Shown: piece after piece, positions 18,985 through 28,590 of the stretch | How positions within the stretch are numbered: position 1 is the stretch's first letter | How the letters are laid out: each line of letters begins with the position of its first letter | DNA from: Sphingomonas sp. | Lineage (GTDB): Bacteria; Pseudomonadota; Alphaproteobacteria; Sphingomonadales; Sphingomonadaceae | Assembly: GCF_042096255.1 (NCBI RefSeq) | Contig: NZ_JBELLZ010000003.1 | Coordinates: 18,104-82,103 of the forward strand | Direction of reading: 5' to 3' | DNA: 64,000 bases | Notes under the pieces: model-generated | Seen by the model: the letters and a program-made list of their open reading frames with translations, nothing else | Database searches by the model: none | What the model was told of the DNA's origin: nothing | Translations under genes and position numbers: made by a program

Positions 18985-19791
18985 ATGTCCGTTCGGATGG
19001 CTTTGGCTAAACTTTGTGCCTGCACTTGCGGTGGCGCGCTGATCGGCGGAGGCGCGGTCCATGTGGCCGAAAGCCAGAAGCCCCGCACCGCCTACAGCAA
19101 GGTGGCGAAGAAGCGTGTCGTGAAACGCACCCGCGTCGCCGCGAAGGCCACCAAGGTGCGCCGCATCGTGACGCGCACCACCACCACCTGCGCGCCAGCG
19201 ACGGTGACCGTGGCGAGCACGCCCGCCCCGGTGCCGGTGCCGATGCCGGCAGCGGCGCCCGCGCCGGCGTTCGGCGGCGGCCCTGCGGCGATCGCGCCGG
19301 CGGTGATCGGCGGCGGCTTCGGCGGTGGTGGGGGCGGCTTCTTCGGAGGCGGCTTCTTCGGCGGCGGCAATGGCGGCGGGGGCGGCGGCAACATCGTCAT
19401 CTCGTCGACATCGAGCAGCAGCGGCGGCTCCACCTCGACCTCGTCGGGCGGATCGTCGACCTCCTCCTCGACCGGCGGCTCCTCCACCTCGTCGTCGAGC
19501 GGCAACGTCAGCAGCACCTCCTCGTCGAGCGGCAACGTCTCCACCTCGACCAGCTCGTCGTCGAGCGGCAACGTGTCGACTTCGACCTCCTCGTCGACCT
19601 CGAGCTCGTCCTACGGGTCCAGCTCGAAGGGCTGGAGCTCGAACGGTGGCTGGAGCTCGGGCGGCAAGCCGGGCAAACCGGGCGGCAGCAGCGGCAATCC
19701 GTCGCCCGTCCCCGCGCCGCCGATGGTGATCCTGTTCGGCGCCGCCGCCGCGGCATTGGTCGCGCGCAAGCGACTGGCGAACAAGGCCTGA
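18985..19791 (+). CDS. PEP-CTERM-like sorted, Ser/Gly-rich surface protein
   Basis: C-terminal PVPAPP + hydrophobic helix + RKR; low-complexity S/G/T tract; RBS GGAGAAG. Confidence 0.82.
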   Translation: MSVRMALAKLCACTCGGALIGGGAVHVAESQKPRTAYSKVAKKRVVKRTRVAAKATKVRRIVTRTTTTCAPATVTVASTPAPVPVPMPAAAPAPAFGGGPAAIAPAVIGGGFGGGGGGFFGGGFFGGGNGGGGGGNIVISSTSSSSGGSTSTSSGGSSTSSSTGGSSTSSSSGNVSSTSSSSGNVSTSTSSSSSGNVSTSTSSSTSSSSYGSSSKGWSSNGGWSSGGKPGKPGGSSGNPSPVPAPPMVILFGAAAAALVARKRLANKA

Positions 19792-19796
19792 ACCAG

Positions 19797-19818
19797 TCCT
19801 CCCCCGCACGGGGGAGGA
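19797..19818. repeat. Solo terminal hairpin of the cctcccc/ggggagg family
   Basis: tcctccccc-gcac-gggggagga between convergent stops. Confidence 0.7.
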
Positions 19819-19823
19819 TTTCC

Positions 19824-20333
19824 TCAAGCCTTCAACAGCGCCTGTTCGATGTCCGGGATGGTGTGCCCGGTCAGGTCCTTGTCGAGCTCGCCGGTCAGCC
19901 GGTTGCTCACTTCGACATGATAGTGCTTGCGCAGCTCACCCAAAGTCTTGGGCGGCGCCACCACCACCAGGGATTCATAATCCTGCCGCAGCGCGCGCCG
20001 CTTGAGCAGGTCCGCGGCCTCGGCGGCGAAGCGGTCCTCCTCGAGCTGGTGGAAGTCGGTCTCGCCCAAAGTCCCGCGGGAAGGCGCGAATTGCGCGCCG
20101 CCGCCCGCCGCATGGTTGGACCCGCCCTGCGCGACCGGCGGCGCGCCCGCGCCAGACTGGGTGGAGGAGGCCGCGCCCGCCGCGTCGGTCTTCTGGTCGC
20201 GGTCGGCGGGGTTCACCCGCTCCTCGGCGGTCTCGACCACCAGGTTCGGATAGGTGGCATCGCCCTCGTTGCGCAGGAACAGCATCTTGCGACCGTCCGC
20301 CACCAGCACGACCGATTTATGCGCAAGCTCCAT
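19824..20333 (-). CDS. Host attachment protein AtsE / baeRF12 family
   Basis: [47 protein letters not shown]. Confidence 0.9.
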   Translation of the reverse strand: MELAHKSVVLVADGRKMLFLRNEGDATYPNLVVETAEERVNPADRDQKTDAAGAASSTQSGAGAPPVAQGGSNHAAGGGAQFAPSRGTLGETDFHQLEEDRFAAEAADLLKRRALRQDYESLVVVAPPKTLGELRKHYHVEVSNRLTGELDKDLTGHTIPDIEQALLKA

Positions 20334-20404
20334 GGCTGATCTCCTTTTCATGGTTGCACGGCCAACGCTTGCGGGCACGGGGCGGTTGCCATAGGCGCCG
20401 CGCC

Positions 20405-21682
20405 ATGCATGACATCCGCCTGATCCGGGACGATCCCGCCGCCTTCGATGCCGCGATGCAGAAGCGGGGTGCGCAGGCGTCGAGCGCCGACCTGATCGCC
20501 CTCGACGCGCGCCGCCGCGAGGTGCTCACCGAGGTGCAGGCCGGCCAGGCGCGCCGCAACGAGGCCTCCAAGGCGATCGGCGCCGCCAAGGCCAAGAAGG
20601 ACGAGGCGACCGCGCAGGCGCTGATGGCCGAGGTCGCCGACCTCAAGGCGCGCCTGCCCGAGCTGGAGGCGGAGGAAGCGCGGCTCGGCGCCGATCTGGA
20701 GGCGCAGCTCGCCGCTCTGCCCAACATCCCCGCCGCGGACGTGCCGCAGGGCGCCGACGAGGAGGACAACCAGCTCGTCCACGAACGCGGCACCCGCCCC
20801 GACCTCGCTTTCCCGGCTCGCGAACATGACGCGATCGGCCCCGCGCTCGGCCTCGACTTCGACACCGGCGTCGCCATCGCCGGCGCGCGCTTCACCCTGC
20901 TGCGCGGCCCCGCCGCCCGCCTCGCCCGCGCACTCGGCCAGTTCATGCTCGACCGGCTGACCATGCTCCACGGCTATGAGGAGGTCGCCCCGCCGCTGCT
21001 GGTCCGCGACGAGGCGGTGTACGGCACCGGGCAGCTGCCCAAGTTCGCCGAGGACCTGTTCCGCACCACCGACGGCCGCTGGCTGATCCCCACCGCCGAG
21101 GTGTCGCTGACCAACATCGTCCGCGAGAAAATCCTCGCCGAGGCCGAGCTGCCGCTGCGCTTCGCCGCGCTCACCCCCTGCTTCCGCTCGGAAGCGGGCG
21201 CGGCGGGGCGGGACACGCGCGGCTACATCCGCCAGCACCAGTTCGACAAGGTGGAGATGGTCTCGATCGTCACCACCGATGCGTCGGAGGAGGAGCATGA
21301 GCGGATGACCCAGGCGGCCGAGGCCACGCTCGACGCGCTTGGCCTCGCCTATCGCCGCATGAAACTGTGCACCGGCGACATGGGCTTCACCGCGGCGCGC
21401 ACCTATGACCTGGAGGTATGGCTGCCCGGCCAGGGGCGCTTTCGCGAGATCAGCAGCTGCTCCACCTGCACCGACTTCCAGGCGCGGCGGATGAACGCGC
21501 GCTATCGCCCGGAGGGGGAGAAGGCGACTAGGTTCGTCCATACGCTCAATGGCTCGGGCCTCGCGGTCGGACGGACCCTGGTGGCGGTGCTGGAGAACTA
21601 TCAGCGCGAGGACGGCAGCGTTGTCGTGCCCGAGGCGCTGCGGCCCTATCTGGGCGGGCTGGAGGTGCTGACGCCGCGCTAA
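20405..21682 (+). CDS. serS: Serine--tRNA ligase
   Basis: [63 protein letters not shown]. Confidence 0.98.
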   Translation: MHDIRLIRDDPAAFDAAMQKRGAQASSADLIALDARRREVLTEVQAGQARRNEASKAIGAAKAKKDEATAQALMAEVADLKARLPELEAEEARLGADLEAQLAALPNIPAADVPQGADEEDNQLVHERGTRPDLAFPAREHDAIGPALGLDFDTGVAIAGARFTLLRGPAARLARALGQFMLDRLTMLHGYEEVAPPLLVRDEAVYGTGQLPKFAEDLFRTTDGRWLIPTAEVSLTNIVREKILAEAELPLRFAALTPCFRSEAGAAGRDTRGYIRQHQFDKVEMVSIVTTDASEEEHERMTQAAEATLDALGLAYRRMKLCTGDMGFTAARTYDLEVWLPGQGRFREISSCSTCTDFQARRMNARYRPEGEKATRFVHTLNGSGLAVGRTLVAVLENYQREDGSVVVPEALRPYLGGLEVLTPR

Positions 21683-21691
21683 ACCACGCAT

Positions 21692-21744
21692 GTGCTCCCG
21701 CGAGGGCGGGAGCCCAGACTGGACCCCCGCCTTCGCGGGGGTAC
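21692..21744. repeat. Compact REP doublet (arms 21692-21717 and 21719-21744)
   Basis: gtgctcccgcgagggcgggagcccag-a-ctggacccccgccttcgcgggggtac. Confidence 0.8.
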
Positions 21745-21747
21745 AAG

Positions 21748-22839
21748 ATGGCCATGATCCGCGTTGCCAAGGTTACTCCGCTCGTCCTGCTCGCGCTCGC
21801 CGGCTGCATCCCCGCCGGCCGCGGCCCCGCGCCGGGAAGCTCGGCCGGCACCTATACCGAACCCACCGTCGCCCGGCCGGCCCCGCCCGAGCCGCGCCCC
21901 GATGCGCCGCGCGGCGGCGACAAGGTCGAGCAGCTTCCCGCCCCCCGCCCCGCCTGGGAGGCGCGCCGGGTCCGCGCCGATGCGGCCGAGATCCCCGACC
22001 AGAGCTACACCGTCCGCCCCGGCGATTCGCTGCGCTCGATCGCCAACCGGCTCGGTGCAGGATCGGAGGCGATCGCGCGGGCGAACGATCTGGCGCCGCC
22101 GTTCACCATCCGCGCCGGGCAGCGGCTGCGCATTCCCGGCGGCCGCTATCATCTCGTCCGCGCCGGCGAGACCGGCATCGCCATCGCGCGCGCCTATGGC
22201 GTCAAATGGTCGGGCATCGTCGCCGCCAACGATCTGGCCGAGCCGTACATCCTGCGCACCGGCATGCGCGTGCTGATCCCCGGCGCCGACCGCCCGCGCT
22301 CCGCGGCCGAGCGTGCCGCCGCGTTCAGCCTGAACATTGACGACATCCTCACCGGCGGCGAGCCCGCACTCGCCGCCAACAAGGCACCGGCGCGGCCCGT
22401 CGCCTCCTCGAAGCGTGTCCTGCCCGCGACCGCCGCGGTCGCCCCGCCCGCGGCGGCGCCCGGCCGGTTCGTCTGGCCGATCGACGGCAAGGTGGTGACC
22501 CGCTTTGGCCGCGGCCGCACCGGCGAGCGATCCGACGGGATCGAGATCGCCGCGCCCGTCGACACGCCGATCCGCGCCGCCGCCGACGGTACCGTCGCGT
22601 ATGTCGGCGACAGCATCGCGGCGCTGGGCGGACTGGTGATCGTCAAGCATGGCGGCACCTGGACCAGCATCTACGGCCATGCCTCCAGCCTCAAGGTTCA
22701 GCGCGGCCAGGCGGTGAAGCGCGGGCAGGTGATCGCGCTTTCAGGGGACACCGGCTTCTCCGACCGCCCGCAGCTGCATTTCGAGCTCCGCCGCGGAAGG
22801 ACTCCGGTCGATCCGCTGGGCGAACTGCCCAGGCGCTGA
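21748..22839 (+). CDS. Lipoprotein with LysM domains and M23 peptidase domain (NlpD-like)
   Basis: LAGC lipobox; two LysM (YTVRPGDSL, HLVRAGETG); FVWPIDG, GIEIAA, SIYGH, PQLHFELR; first M23 His appears replaced (RSDGIEI). Confidence 0.9.
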   Translation: MAMIRVAKVTPLVLLALAGCIPAGRGPAPGSSAGTYTEPTVARPAPPEPRPDAPRGGDKVEQLPAPRPAWEARRVRADAAEIPDQSYTVRPGDSLRSIANRLGAGSEAIARANDLAPPFTIRAGQRLRIPGGRYHLVRAGETGIAIARAYGVKWSGIVAANDLAEPYILRTGMRVLIPGADRPRSAAERAAAFSLNIDDILTGGEPALAANKAPARPVASSKRVLPATAAVAPPAAAPGRFVWPIDGKVVTRFGRGRTGERSDGIEIAAPVDTPIRAAADGTVAYVGDSIAALGGLVIVKHGGTWTSIYGHASSLKVQRGQAVKRGQVIALSGDTGFSDRPQLHFELRRGRTPVDPLGELPRR

Positions 22840-22847
22840 CGTCGACT

Positions 22848-22955
22848 CGTCATCCCCGCGCAAGCGGGGACCAATCTCCTATCGGTCGAACACACGCATC
22901 CGTCGTTAGTCGGGCGGAGCGCAGGAGATGGGTCCCCACTTGCGCGGGGATGACG
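22848..22955. repeat. CGTC-type REP doublet
   Basis: cgtcatccccgcgcaagcggggaccaatctcct ... aggagatgggtccccacttgcgcggggatgacg. Confidence 0.88.
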
Positions 22956-22981
22956 GTAGTGGAACGCCGCGTCGCCAAACT

Positions 22982-23110
22982 TGCGAACGACTATCAATCA
23001 CGTTGCGAACTACTCTCACTATGAACACTGGCGACAACTTGCCGGTCTGCTCATTCAACTTGCGCAACCATCATGATAGTCATTCTCACGCAGCCTAAGA
23101 ACGTCTCGCA
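22982..23110. promoter_or_regulatory. Four Fur-type operator boxes
   Basis: TGCGAacgacTATCA (22982), TGCGAactacTCTCA (23004), TGATAgtcatTCTCA (23074), TAAGAacgtcTCGCA (23096) in an AT-rich promoter region. Confidence 0.7.
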
Positions 23111-23218
23111 ACAGTCGTTTTTCTATTGTCAAGTGGAACATCTCTCCGGTATCTACATTTTCGTCACACAGACGGGATGCTTGTCCCGCCGCCGAGATCG
23201 AACCGAAGGAGACCGACC

Positions 23219-23407
23219 ATGACCCTCACCACCGCCGGTGCCGCCGCCTGCGCCAAGTGCAAGTTCTTCGACAGCGAGCAGGGTTCGCTGGGCCTGTGCC
23301 GCTACAACCCGCCGATCAGCCAGCCGTCGGGCGACACCGCCGGCGTCTGGCCGAAGGTCGAGGCGAACGACTGGTGCGGCCACTTCGAGGCGCAGCTCGC
23401 CGCCTAA
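23219..23407 (+). CDS. 62-aa four-cysteine miniprotein (CxxCxxF...GxC...WP.V...WCGxF)
   Basis: RBS AAGGAGA, GC3-biased codons, followed by a strong terminator. Confidence 0.85.
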   Translation: MTLTTAGAAACAKCKFFDSEQGSLGLCRYNPPISQPSGDTAGVWPKVEANDWCGHFEAQLAA

Positions 23408-23429
23408 GCGCGACACGCACCATGACGAT

Positions 23430-23470
23430 AACGCCGTCCGGGTCCGCCGACCCGGGCGGCGTTTTCGTTT
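23430..23470 (+). terminator. Rho-independent terminator
   Basis: aacgccgtccgggtc-cgcc-gacccgggcggcgtt followed by ttcgttt. Confidence 0.85.
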
Positions 23471-23488
23471 ATCCCCTCTTCCAGCCAA

Positions 23489-23695
23489 CCGTTCGTGCTG
23501 AGCGAAGTCGAAACACCTGCTCCGAAGCCTGATCCTGGAGCGGCTTTTGGCCAACCTCCACCACCACCGTTCGCCCTGAGCGAAGTCGGAGGGCAAGCCC
23601 CATTTCCCGCGAGGGTGCTTCGACTTCGCTCAGCACGAACGGTTTAATTTAATCGCAAGCTGCCTCGGCCCTTCGACTTCGCTCAGAGCGAGTGG
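23489..23695. repeat. Cluster of four 28-bp REP-like units (ttcgacttcgctcag family)
   Basis: Forward units 23489-23516 and 23567-23594; reverse units 23615-23642 and 23668-23695. Confidence 0.88.
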
Positions 23696-23766
23696 AGGTC
23701 GAGGCGAGATCAGCCTATCTGCGATCCGCTCGCAACTCCTTGACTTCCCGTGTCGTGGCATCGTAA

Positions 23767-23781
23767 TGAGAAGCATTCGCA
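23767..23781. promoter_or_regulatory. Fur-type operator box
   Basis: aaTGAGAagcatTCGCAaa, 16 nt upstream of ATG 23798. Confidence 0.75.
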
Positions 23782-23797
23782 AACGTCGAGTGCCCGA

Positions 23798-24178
23798 ATG
23801 TACGATTTTCTCGACCGCCCCGTTGACTCGCTCTCCACCGATGACCGTCATCTGCTCGACGCCATGCGCGCCTGGGTCCATGCGCTGACCCTCGCCAGTG
23901 AGCCCGCCGCCGCAGTGGCGCCGCGGTTCGCCGACGGCGGCAGCGCCTTTGATGCCGCGATGCGCGTGCTGGAGCGCGACTCGACCGACACCTTGGTCTT
24001 CCAGCGCCCCTGCCATTCCACCGTCGAGGAAACCGAGGCGGTGGTACTCGGCCTGTGGCGCCTCGTCCGTAGCGACCTTCTCGCCCCTGCGCTCGGCGCC
24101 GCGCGCCTGCTGGTTGGCGATGCCGCGGGCGCGTTCGTCGGGGCGATGCAGCGCGCGGTCGGTTCGGCCGATCGCTGA
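23798..24178 (+). CDS. Hypothetical helical protein (126 aa)
   Basis: MYDFLDRPV...RPCHSTVEETE; coding-like codon bias; preceded by a Fur-type box. Confidence 0.75.
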   Translation: MYDFLDRPVDSLSTDDRHLLDAMRAWVHALTLASEPAAAVAPRFADGGSAFDAAMRVLERDSTDTLVFQRPCHSTVEETEAVVLGLWRLVRSDLLAPALGAARLLVGDAAGAFVGAMQRAVGSADR

Positions 24179-24393
24179 CGGACCCGCGGCGGCCATTGCG
24201 TACCGCTGTCCTACAGGGCTGCCCTCGTGATAGTCTCCACACATGATTTGTGCGGAGGATGAGTGCGTGACGGAGCGCGGCGCTGGTGGGGCAGTTGTCC
24301 TGTCTCAATTTGTCGGAGGCGACAACTGCGTTCACGCCTCAACCGCCTCAATTCGTCTCCCCTGTCCGGCCCGGTCCGTGTAACGCGCCGACG

Positions 24394-25620
24394 ATGACCG
24401 ACTACCGTTCCGATCTGCTCCGCACGCTTTCCACCCGCGGCTACATCCACCAGCTCACCGATGCCGCCGCGCTCGATGCGCTCGCGGCCACGCAGGTCGT
24501 CCCCGGCTATATCGGTTTCGATCCGACCGCGCCGTCGCTCCACGTCGGCAGCCTCGTCCAGATCATGCTCCTTCGCCGGCTCCAGCAGACCGGGCACAAG
24601 CCGATCGTGCTGATGGGCGGCGGCACCGGCAAGATCGGTGATCCCAGCTTCAAGGACGAGGCACGCAAGCTTGCCTCCGACGACGTGATCGCGGCCAACA
24701 TCGCCGGCATCCAGCGCATCTTCGAACGCTTCCTCACCTTCGGCGATGGTCCATCCGACGCGATGATGCTCGATAACGCCGAATGGCTCGACAAGCTCGA
24801 ATACATCCCCTTCCTGCGCGAGGTCGGGCAGCATTTCAGCGTCAATCGCATGCTGTCGTTCGACAGCGTCAAGCTCCGGCTCGACCGCGAACAGTCGCTT
24901 TCGTTCCTGGAGTTCAACTACATGATCCTCCAGGGCTATGACTTCCGCGAGCTGGCCAAGCGCCACGGCGTCCGCCTCCAGATGGGCGGCAGCGACCAAT
25001 GGGGAAACATCGTCAACGGGATCGAGCTGGCGCGGCGGATGGACGGCACCGAGGTGTTCGGCGCCACCACGCCCCTGCTCACCACCGCGGATGGCGTGAA
25101 GATGGGCAAGACGGTGAACGGCGCGGTGTGGCTGCACGAGGACCAGCTGCCGCACTTCGATTACTGGCAGTTCTGGCGCAACACCGACGACCGCGACGTC
25201 GGGCGCTTCCTCCGCCTGTTCACCGACCTGCCGCTCGACGAGATCGAACGGCTCCAGGCGCTGGAAGGCGCGGAGATCAACGCCGCCAAGATCGTGCTGG
25301 CGAACGAGGCCACCGCCATGTGCCGCGGCCGCGAAGCGGCGGAGGCGGCGGCGGAGACCGCGCGCCGCACCTTCGAGGAGGGCGCCGCGGGCGACACGCT
25401 CCCCACCTTCGCCGCGGCCGGTCCGGTGGCGCTGGTCGATGCGCTGGTCGGCCTCGGCTTCTGCGCCTCCAAGGGTGAGGCACGCCGGCTGATCAAGCAG
25501 GGCGGCGCCCGCGTCGCCGGCGAGAAGGTCGCCGACGAGGCCGCCCTGATCGAGATCGGTGCCGAGCCGGTCCGCATCTCCGCGGGCAAGAAGCATCATG
25601 GCCTACTGGTCACCGCCTGA
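24394..25620 (+). CDS. tyrS: Tyrosine--tRNA ligase
   Basis: [31 protein letters not shown]-terminal S4 domain. Confidence 0.98.
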   Translation: MTDYRSDLLRTLSTRGYIHQLTDAAALDALAATQVVPGYIGFDPTAPSLHVGSLVQIMLLRRLQQTGHKPIVLMGGGTGKIGDPSFKDEARKLASDDVIAANIAGIQRIFERFLTFGDGPSDAMMLDNAEWLDKLEYIPFLREVGQHFSVNRMLSFDSVKLRLDREQSLSFLEFNYMILQGYDFRELAKRHGVRLQMGGSDQWGNIVNGIELARRMDGTEVFGATTPLLTTADGVKMGKTVNGAVWLHEDQLPHFDYWQFWRNTDDRDVGRFLRLFTDLPLDEIERLQALEGAEINAAKIVLANEATAMCRGREAAEAAAETARRTFEEGAAGDTLPTFAAAGPVALVDALVGLGFCASKGEARRLIKQGGARVAGEKVADEAALIEIGAEPVRISAGKKHHGLLVTA

Positions 25621-26047
25621 CCAGCAGCACCCCCGCGACCACCAGCGCGACCCCCACCAGCTTGGTCGCACTGACGGGCGACGCCTTGAGGCCGAGCAGC
25701 CCGAAATGGTCGAGCACCAGCGCCCCGGCCAGCTGGGTGGCGATGGCAATGGTCAACGTCACCGCCAGCCCCAGCCGCGGCGTGGCGTAAGCGACCGCAA
25801 AGACGAAGGTGACGCCATAGGCGCCGCCGATCCAAGCCCAGGGCGGCGCCTGCCGCACCGCGCTCAGCGGCGTGCGGTCGTACAGGCTCCAGATCCCCAG
25901 CAGCAGCGCCATGCCGCCGGCGAAGGAGATGGTGGAGGCGAACCACACCGATCCGGTCGAGCGCGCCAGCATCGCATTGGAGGGAGACTGGAAGGCGACG
26001 CACAATCCGGCGATGGCGGCCAGCAGGATCGGGAGGGTGGCGGTCAT
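25610..26047 (-). CDS. DMT family transporter (YdcZ/DUF606 type)
   Basis: [27 protein letters not shown]. Confidence 0.88.
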   Translation of the reverse strand: MTATLPILLAAIAGLCVAFQSPSNAMLARSTGSVWFASTISFAGGMALLLGIWSLYDRTPLSAVRQAPPWAWIGGAYGVTFVFAVAYATPRLGLAVTLTIAIATQLAGALVLDHFGLLGLKASPVSATKLVGVALVVAGVLLVRR

Positions 26048-26060
26048 GCCCGCGCCGCTA

Positions 26061-28112
26061 TCAGCCCGATCGCAACAGCGCGACCCCCGCGTCCCGCTCG
26101 AAAAGATACAGCGCCACCCGCGCCGCCTGCCCCCGAGCGCTGTCCAGCCCGCCGTCGCGGTCGATCAGCAGCCGCGCGTCCGCGGTCGCGATCTCCAGCA
26201 GCGCGCCCAGCATCTCGGGCGCGGCGAGCCGGTAGCCCTCCTCGCCCGACTGGCGCGTGCCGAGCAACTCGCCCGCGCCGCGCAACCGCAAGTCCTCCTC
26301 CGCCAGTCGGAAGCCGTCATTGGTCTCGCGCATCAGGGCGAGGCGCGCCCGCGTGGTTTCGCTCATCGCATTGCCGCGCAGCAGCAGGCAGGTGGACTTG
26401 CCCCCGCCCCGCCCCACCCGCCCGCGCAGTTGGTGGAGCTGCGCGAGCCCGAACCGGTCGGCATGTTCGATCACGATCAGCGTCGCATTGGGCACGTCGA
26501 CGCCCACCTCGATCACCGTGGTGGCGACCAGCACGCCCAGTTGCCCGCCCGCGAAGCGCGCCATGGTCGCGTCCTTCTCCGCCGGCCGCATCCGCCCGTG
26601 GACCAGGCCGACGCGGTCGCCGAACCGCTCGTGCAGCGCCGCGGCACGCGCCTCTGCCGCGGCGAGGTCGCTCTTCTCGCTTTCCTCGACCAACGGGCAC
26701 ACCCAATAGGCCTGCTTGCCTTCGGAGAGGTGCCGGCCGAGCGCATTGACCACCTCGTCCAGCCGCTCGACGCTCATCACCCGCGTGTCGATCGGCTCGC
26801 GGCCGGGCGGCATCTCGTCGAGCCGGCTCTGATCCATGTCGCCATGCGTGGCGAGCGCGAGCGTGCGCGGGATCGGCGTCGCGGTCATCGCCAGGAGGTG
26901 CGGCTGGGTCCGGCCCTTGGCGGCGAGCGCCAGCCGCTCGGCGACCCCGAAGCGATGCTGCTCGTCCACAACCACCAGTCCGAGGTCGCGATAGCGCACC
27001 GCGTCCTGGAAGATCGCATGGGTGCCGACCAGGATGTGGATCGAGCCGTCCGCCAGCCCCATCAGCACCGATTCGCGCACCCGACCCTTGTCGCGCCCGG
27101 TCAGCACCGCGACCTCGATCGGCAAGGGCGCGAGCAGTTTGCGCAGCGTCTCGTAATGCTGGCGCGCGAGGATCTCGGTCGGCGCGAGCATCGCCGCCTG
27201 CGCGCCCGCCTCGACCGCGACCAGCATCGAGAGGGTCGCCACCAGCGTCTTGCCCGCGCCGACATCGCCCTGGAGCAGTCGCAGCATCGGCGCCTCCTGC
27301 TGGAGGTCGCCCTCGATCTCGGCGACGGTGCGAGCCTGCGCGCCGGTGAGGCTGTACGGCAGGCGCAGCATGTCGCGCAGCCGCCCGTCGCCGCGTAGCG
27401 CCCGGCCCCTGCGGCGGCGGGTGTCGGCGCGGATCAGCATCATCGCCAGCTGGTTGGCGAACACCTCGTCATAGGCGAGCCGGGTGCGCGCCGCCTCGTT
27501 GCCAGGATCATGGTGGATTCGCTCCAGCGCCTCGCGCCAGCCCGGCCAGCCGCGCTGTGCCAGCAGGCCCGGCTCGATCCATTCGTCCAGCACCGGCGCG
27601 CGCCCCACCGCCTGCTCGGCGAGCGCGGCGAGCCGGCGCGAGGTGAGCCCCTCCGACAAGGGGTAGACCGGCTCACGCTCGCGGAACCCCTCCTCGCCTT
27701 CGATGTCGGGATGAATTATCTGCAGCTCCTGCCCGTACATCTCCAGCTTGCCCGAGACACGCACGGGCGTGCCCATCGTGTAGAGTTTGCGCACCCAGCC
27801 CGAACCGCCGCCGAAATAGGTGAGGCCGACATGGTTGCCGAGCGCATCGAAGGCGTTGACCCGGGTCGGCCCGCGCGGCGAGGAGGCGCTGCGGATGTCG
27901 CGCGGCGTAACGGTGATCGCGATGACGCGCCCGGCATCCGCCATGTCGAGCTCGGTGCGCGCCACCCGCTCGATCGCGCCGGTGGGCAGATGGAAGGCGA
28001 CGTCCACCACCCGTGCAAGATGCAGCCGTTCCAGCGGCTTGGCGAGCGTTGGCCCCACGCCCTTGAGCGCGGTGACTTCGGCGAACAGCGGATTGAGGAT
28101 TTCGGGACGCAT
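26061..28112 (-). CDS. recG: ATP-dependent DNA helicase RecG
   Basis: RLLQGDVGAGKT, APTEILARQH, VVDEQHRFGV, MTATPIPRTL, GLAQLHQLRGRVGRG. Confidence 0.97.
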   Translation of the reverse strand: MRPEILNPLFAEVTALKGVGPTLAKPLERLHLARVVDVAFHLPTGAIERVARTELDMADAGRVIAITVTPRDIRSASSPRGPTRVNAFDALGNHVGLTYFGGGSGWVRKLYTMGTPVRVSGKLEMYGQELQIIHPDIEGEEGFREREPVYPLSEGLTSRRLAALAEQAVGRAPVLDEWIEPGLLAQRGWPGWREALERIHHDPGNEAARTRLAYDEVFANQLAMMLIRADTRRRRGRALRGDGRLRDMLRLPYSLTGAQARTVAEIEGDLQQEAPMLRLLQGDVGAGKTLVATLSMLVAVEAGAQAAMLAPTEILARQHYETLRKLLAPLPIEVAVLTGRDKGRVRESVLMGLADGSIHILVGTHAIFQDAVRYRDLGLVVVDEQHRFGVAERLALAAKGRTQPHLLAMTATPIPRTLALATHGDMDQSRLDEMPPGREPIDTRVMSVERLDEVVNALGRHLSEGKQAYWVCPLVEESEKSDLAAAEARAAALHERFGDRVGLVHGRMRPAEKDATMARFAGGQLGVLVATTVIEVGVDVPNATLIVIEHADRFGLAQLHQLRGRVGRGGGKSTCLLLRGNAMSETTRARLALMRETNDGFRLAEEDLRLRGAGELLGTRQSGEEGYRLAAPEMLGALLEIATADARLLIDRDGGLDSARGQAARVALYLFERDAGVALLRSG

Positions 28113-28185
28113 GACTATCTGTGCCCCCACTAGCCGCTTCAGCCGACCGCCAAAAGGCGGCCGGCCGTTTTCGCATTGGAGCCCC

Positions 28186-28449
28186 ATGGACGCCGACACC
28201 CGCCTGAAACGCCTGCGCTTCCGCGCTTGGCACCGCGGCACCCGCGAGGCCGATTACATGATCGGCGGCTATTTCGACGCGCACCACGCCCGCTGGACCG
28301 CCGCCGAACTCGAGTGGTTCGAGGCGCTGCTGGAAGAGCAGGATGTGGACATCATCGGCTGGGCGATGGGCTCGATCCCGGTGCCGCCCGCCTGGGACGG
28401 ACCGATGATGGAGCGGATGCGCTCGCTTGATTTCGTGAAGATCACCTGA
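28186..28449 (+). CDS. sdhE: Succinate dehydrogenase assembly factor 2 / SdhE
   Basis: KRLRFRAWHRGTREAD, LLEEQDVDI. Confidence 0.92.
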   Translation: MDADTRLKRLRFRAWHRGTREADYMIGGYFDAHHARWTAAELEWFEALLEEQDVDIIGWAMGSIPVPPAWDGPMMERMRSLDFVKIT

Positions 28450-28453
28450 CCTG

Positions 28454-28587
28454 GACTCCCCTCCCTGGAAGGGAGGGGCTGGGGGTGGGTGGAGGCCTGG
28501 CGATACGGCTCAGTCTTCCCCTGGCTCTCAGTACGCCGCCAAGACGCGACCCACCCCCGACCCCTCCCTTCCAGGGAGGGGGGAGTT
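28454..28587. repeat. Long inverted-repeat doublet between sdhE and mfd
   Basis: actcccctccctggaagggaggggctgggggtgggt ... acccacccccgacccctcccttccagggaggggggagtt; GANTC at 28454. Confidence 0.85.
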
Positions 28588-28590
28588 CAA

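Noticed and set aside
23489-23695. Possible CRISPR array
   Set aside because: Units are in both orientations, of two subtypes, with irregular spacers and no cas genes; fits a REP cluster
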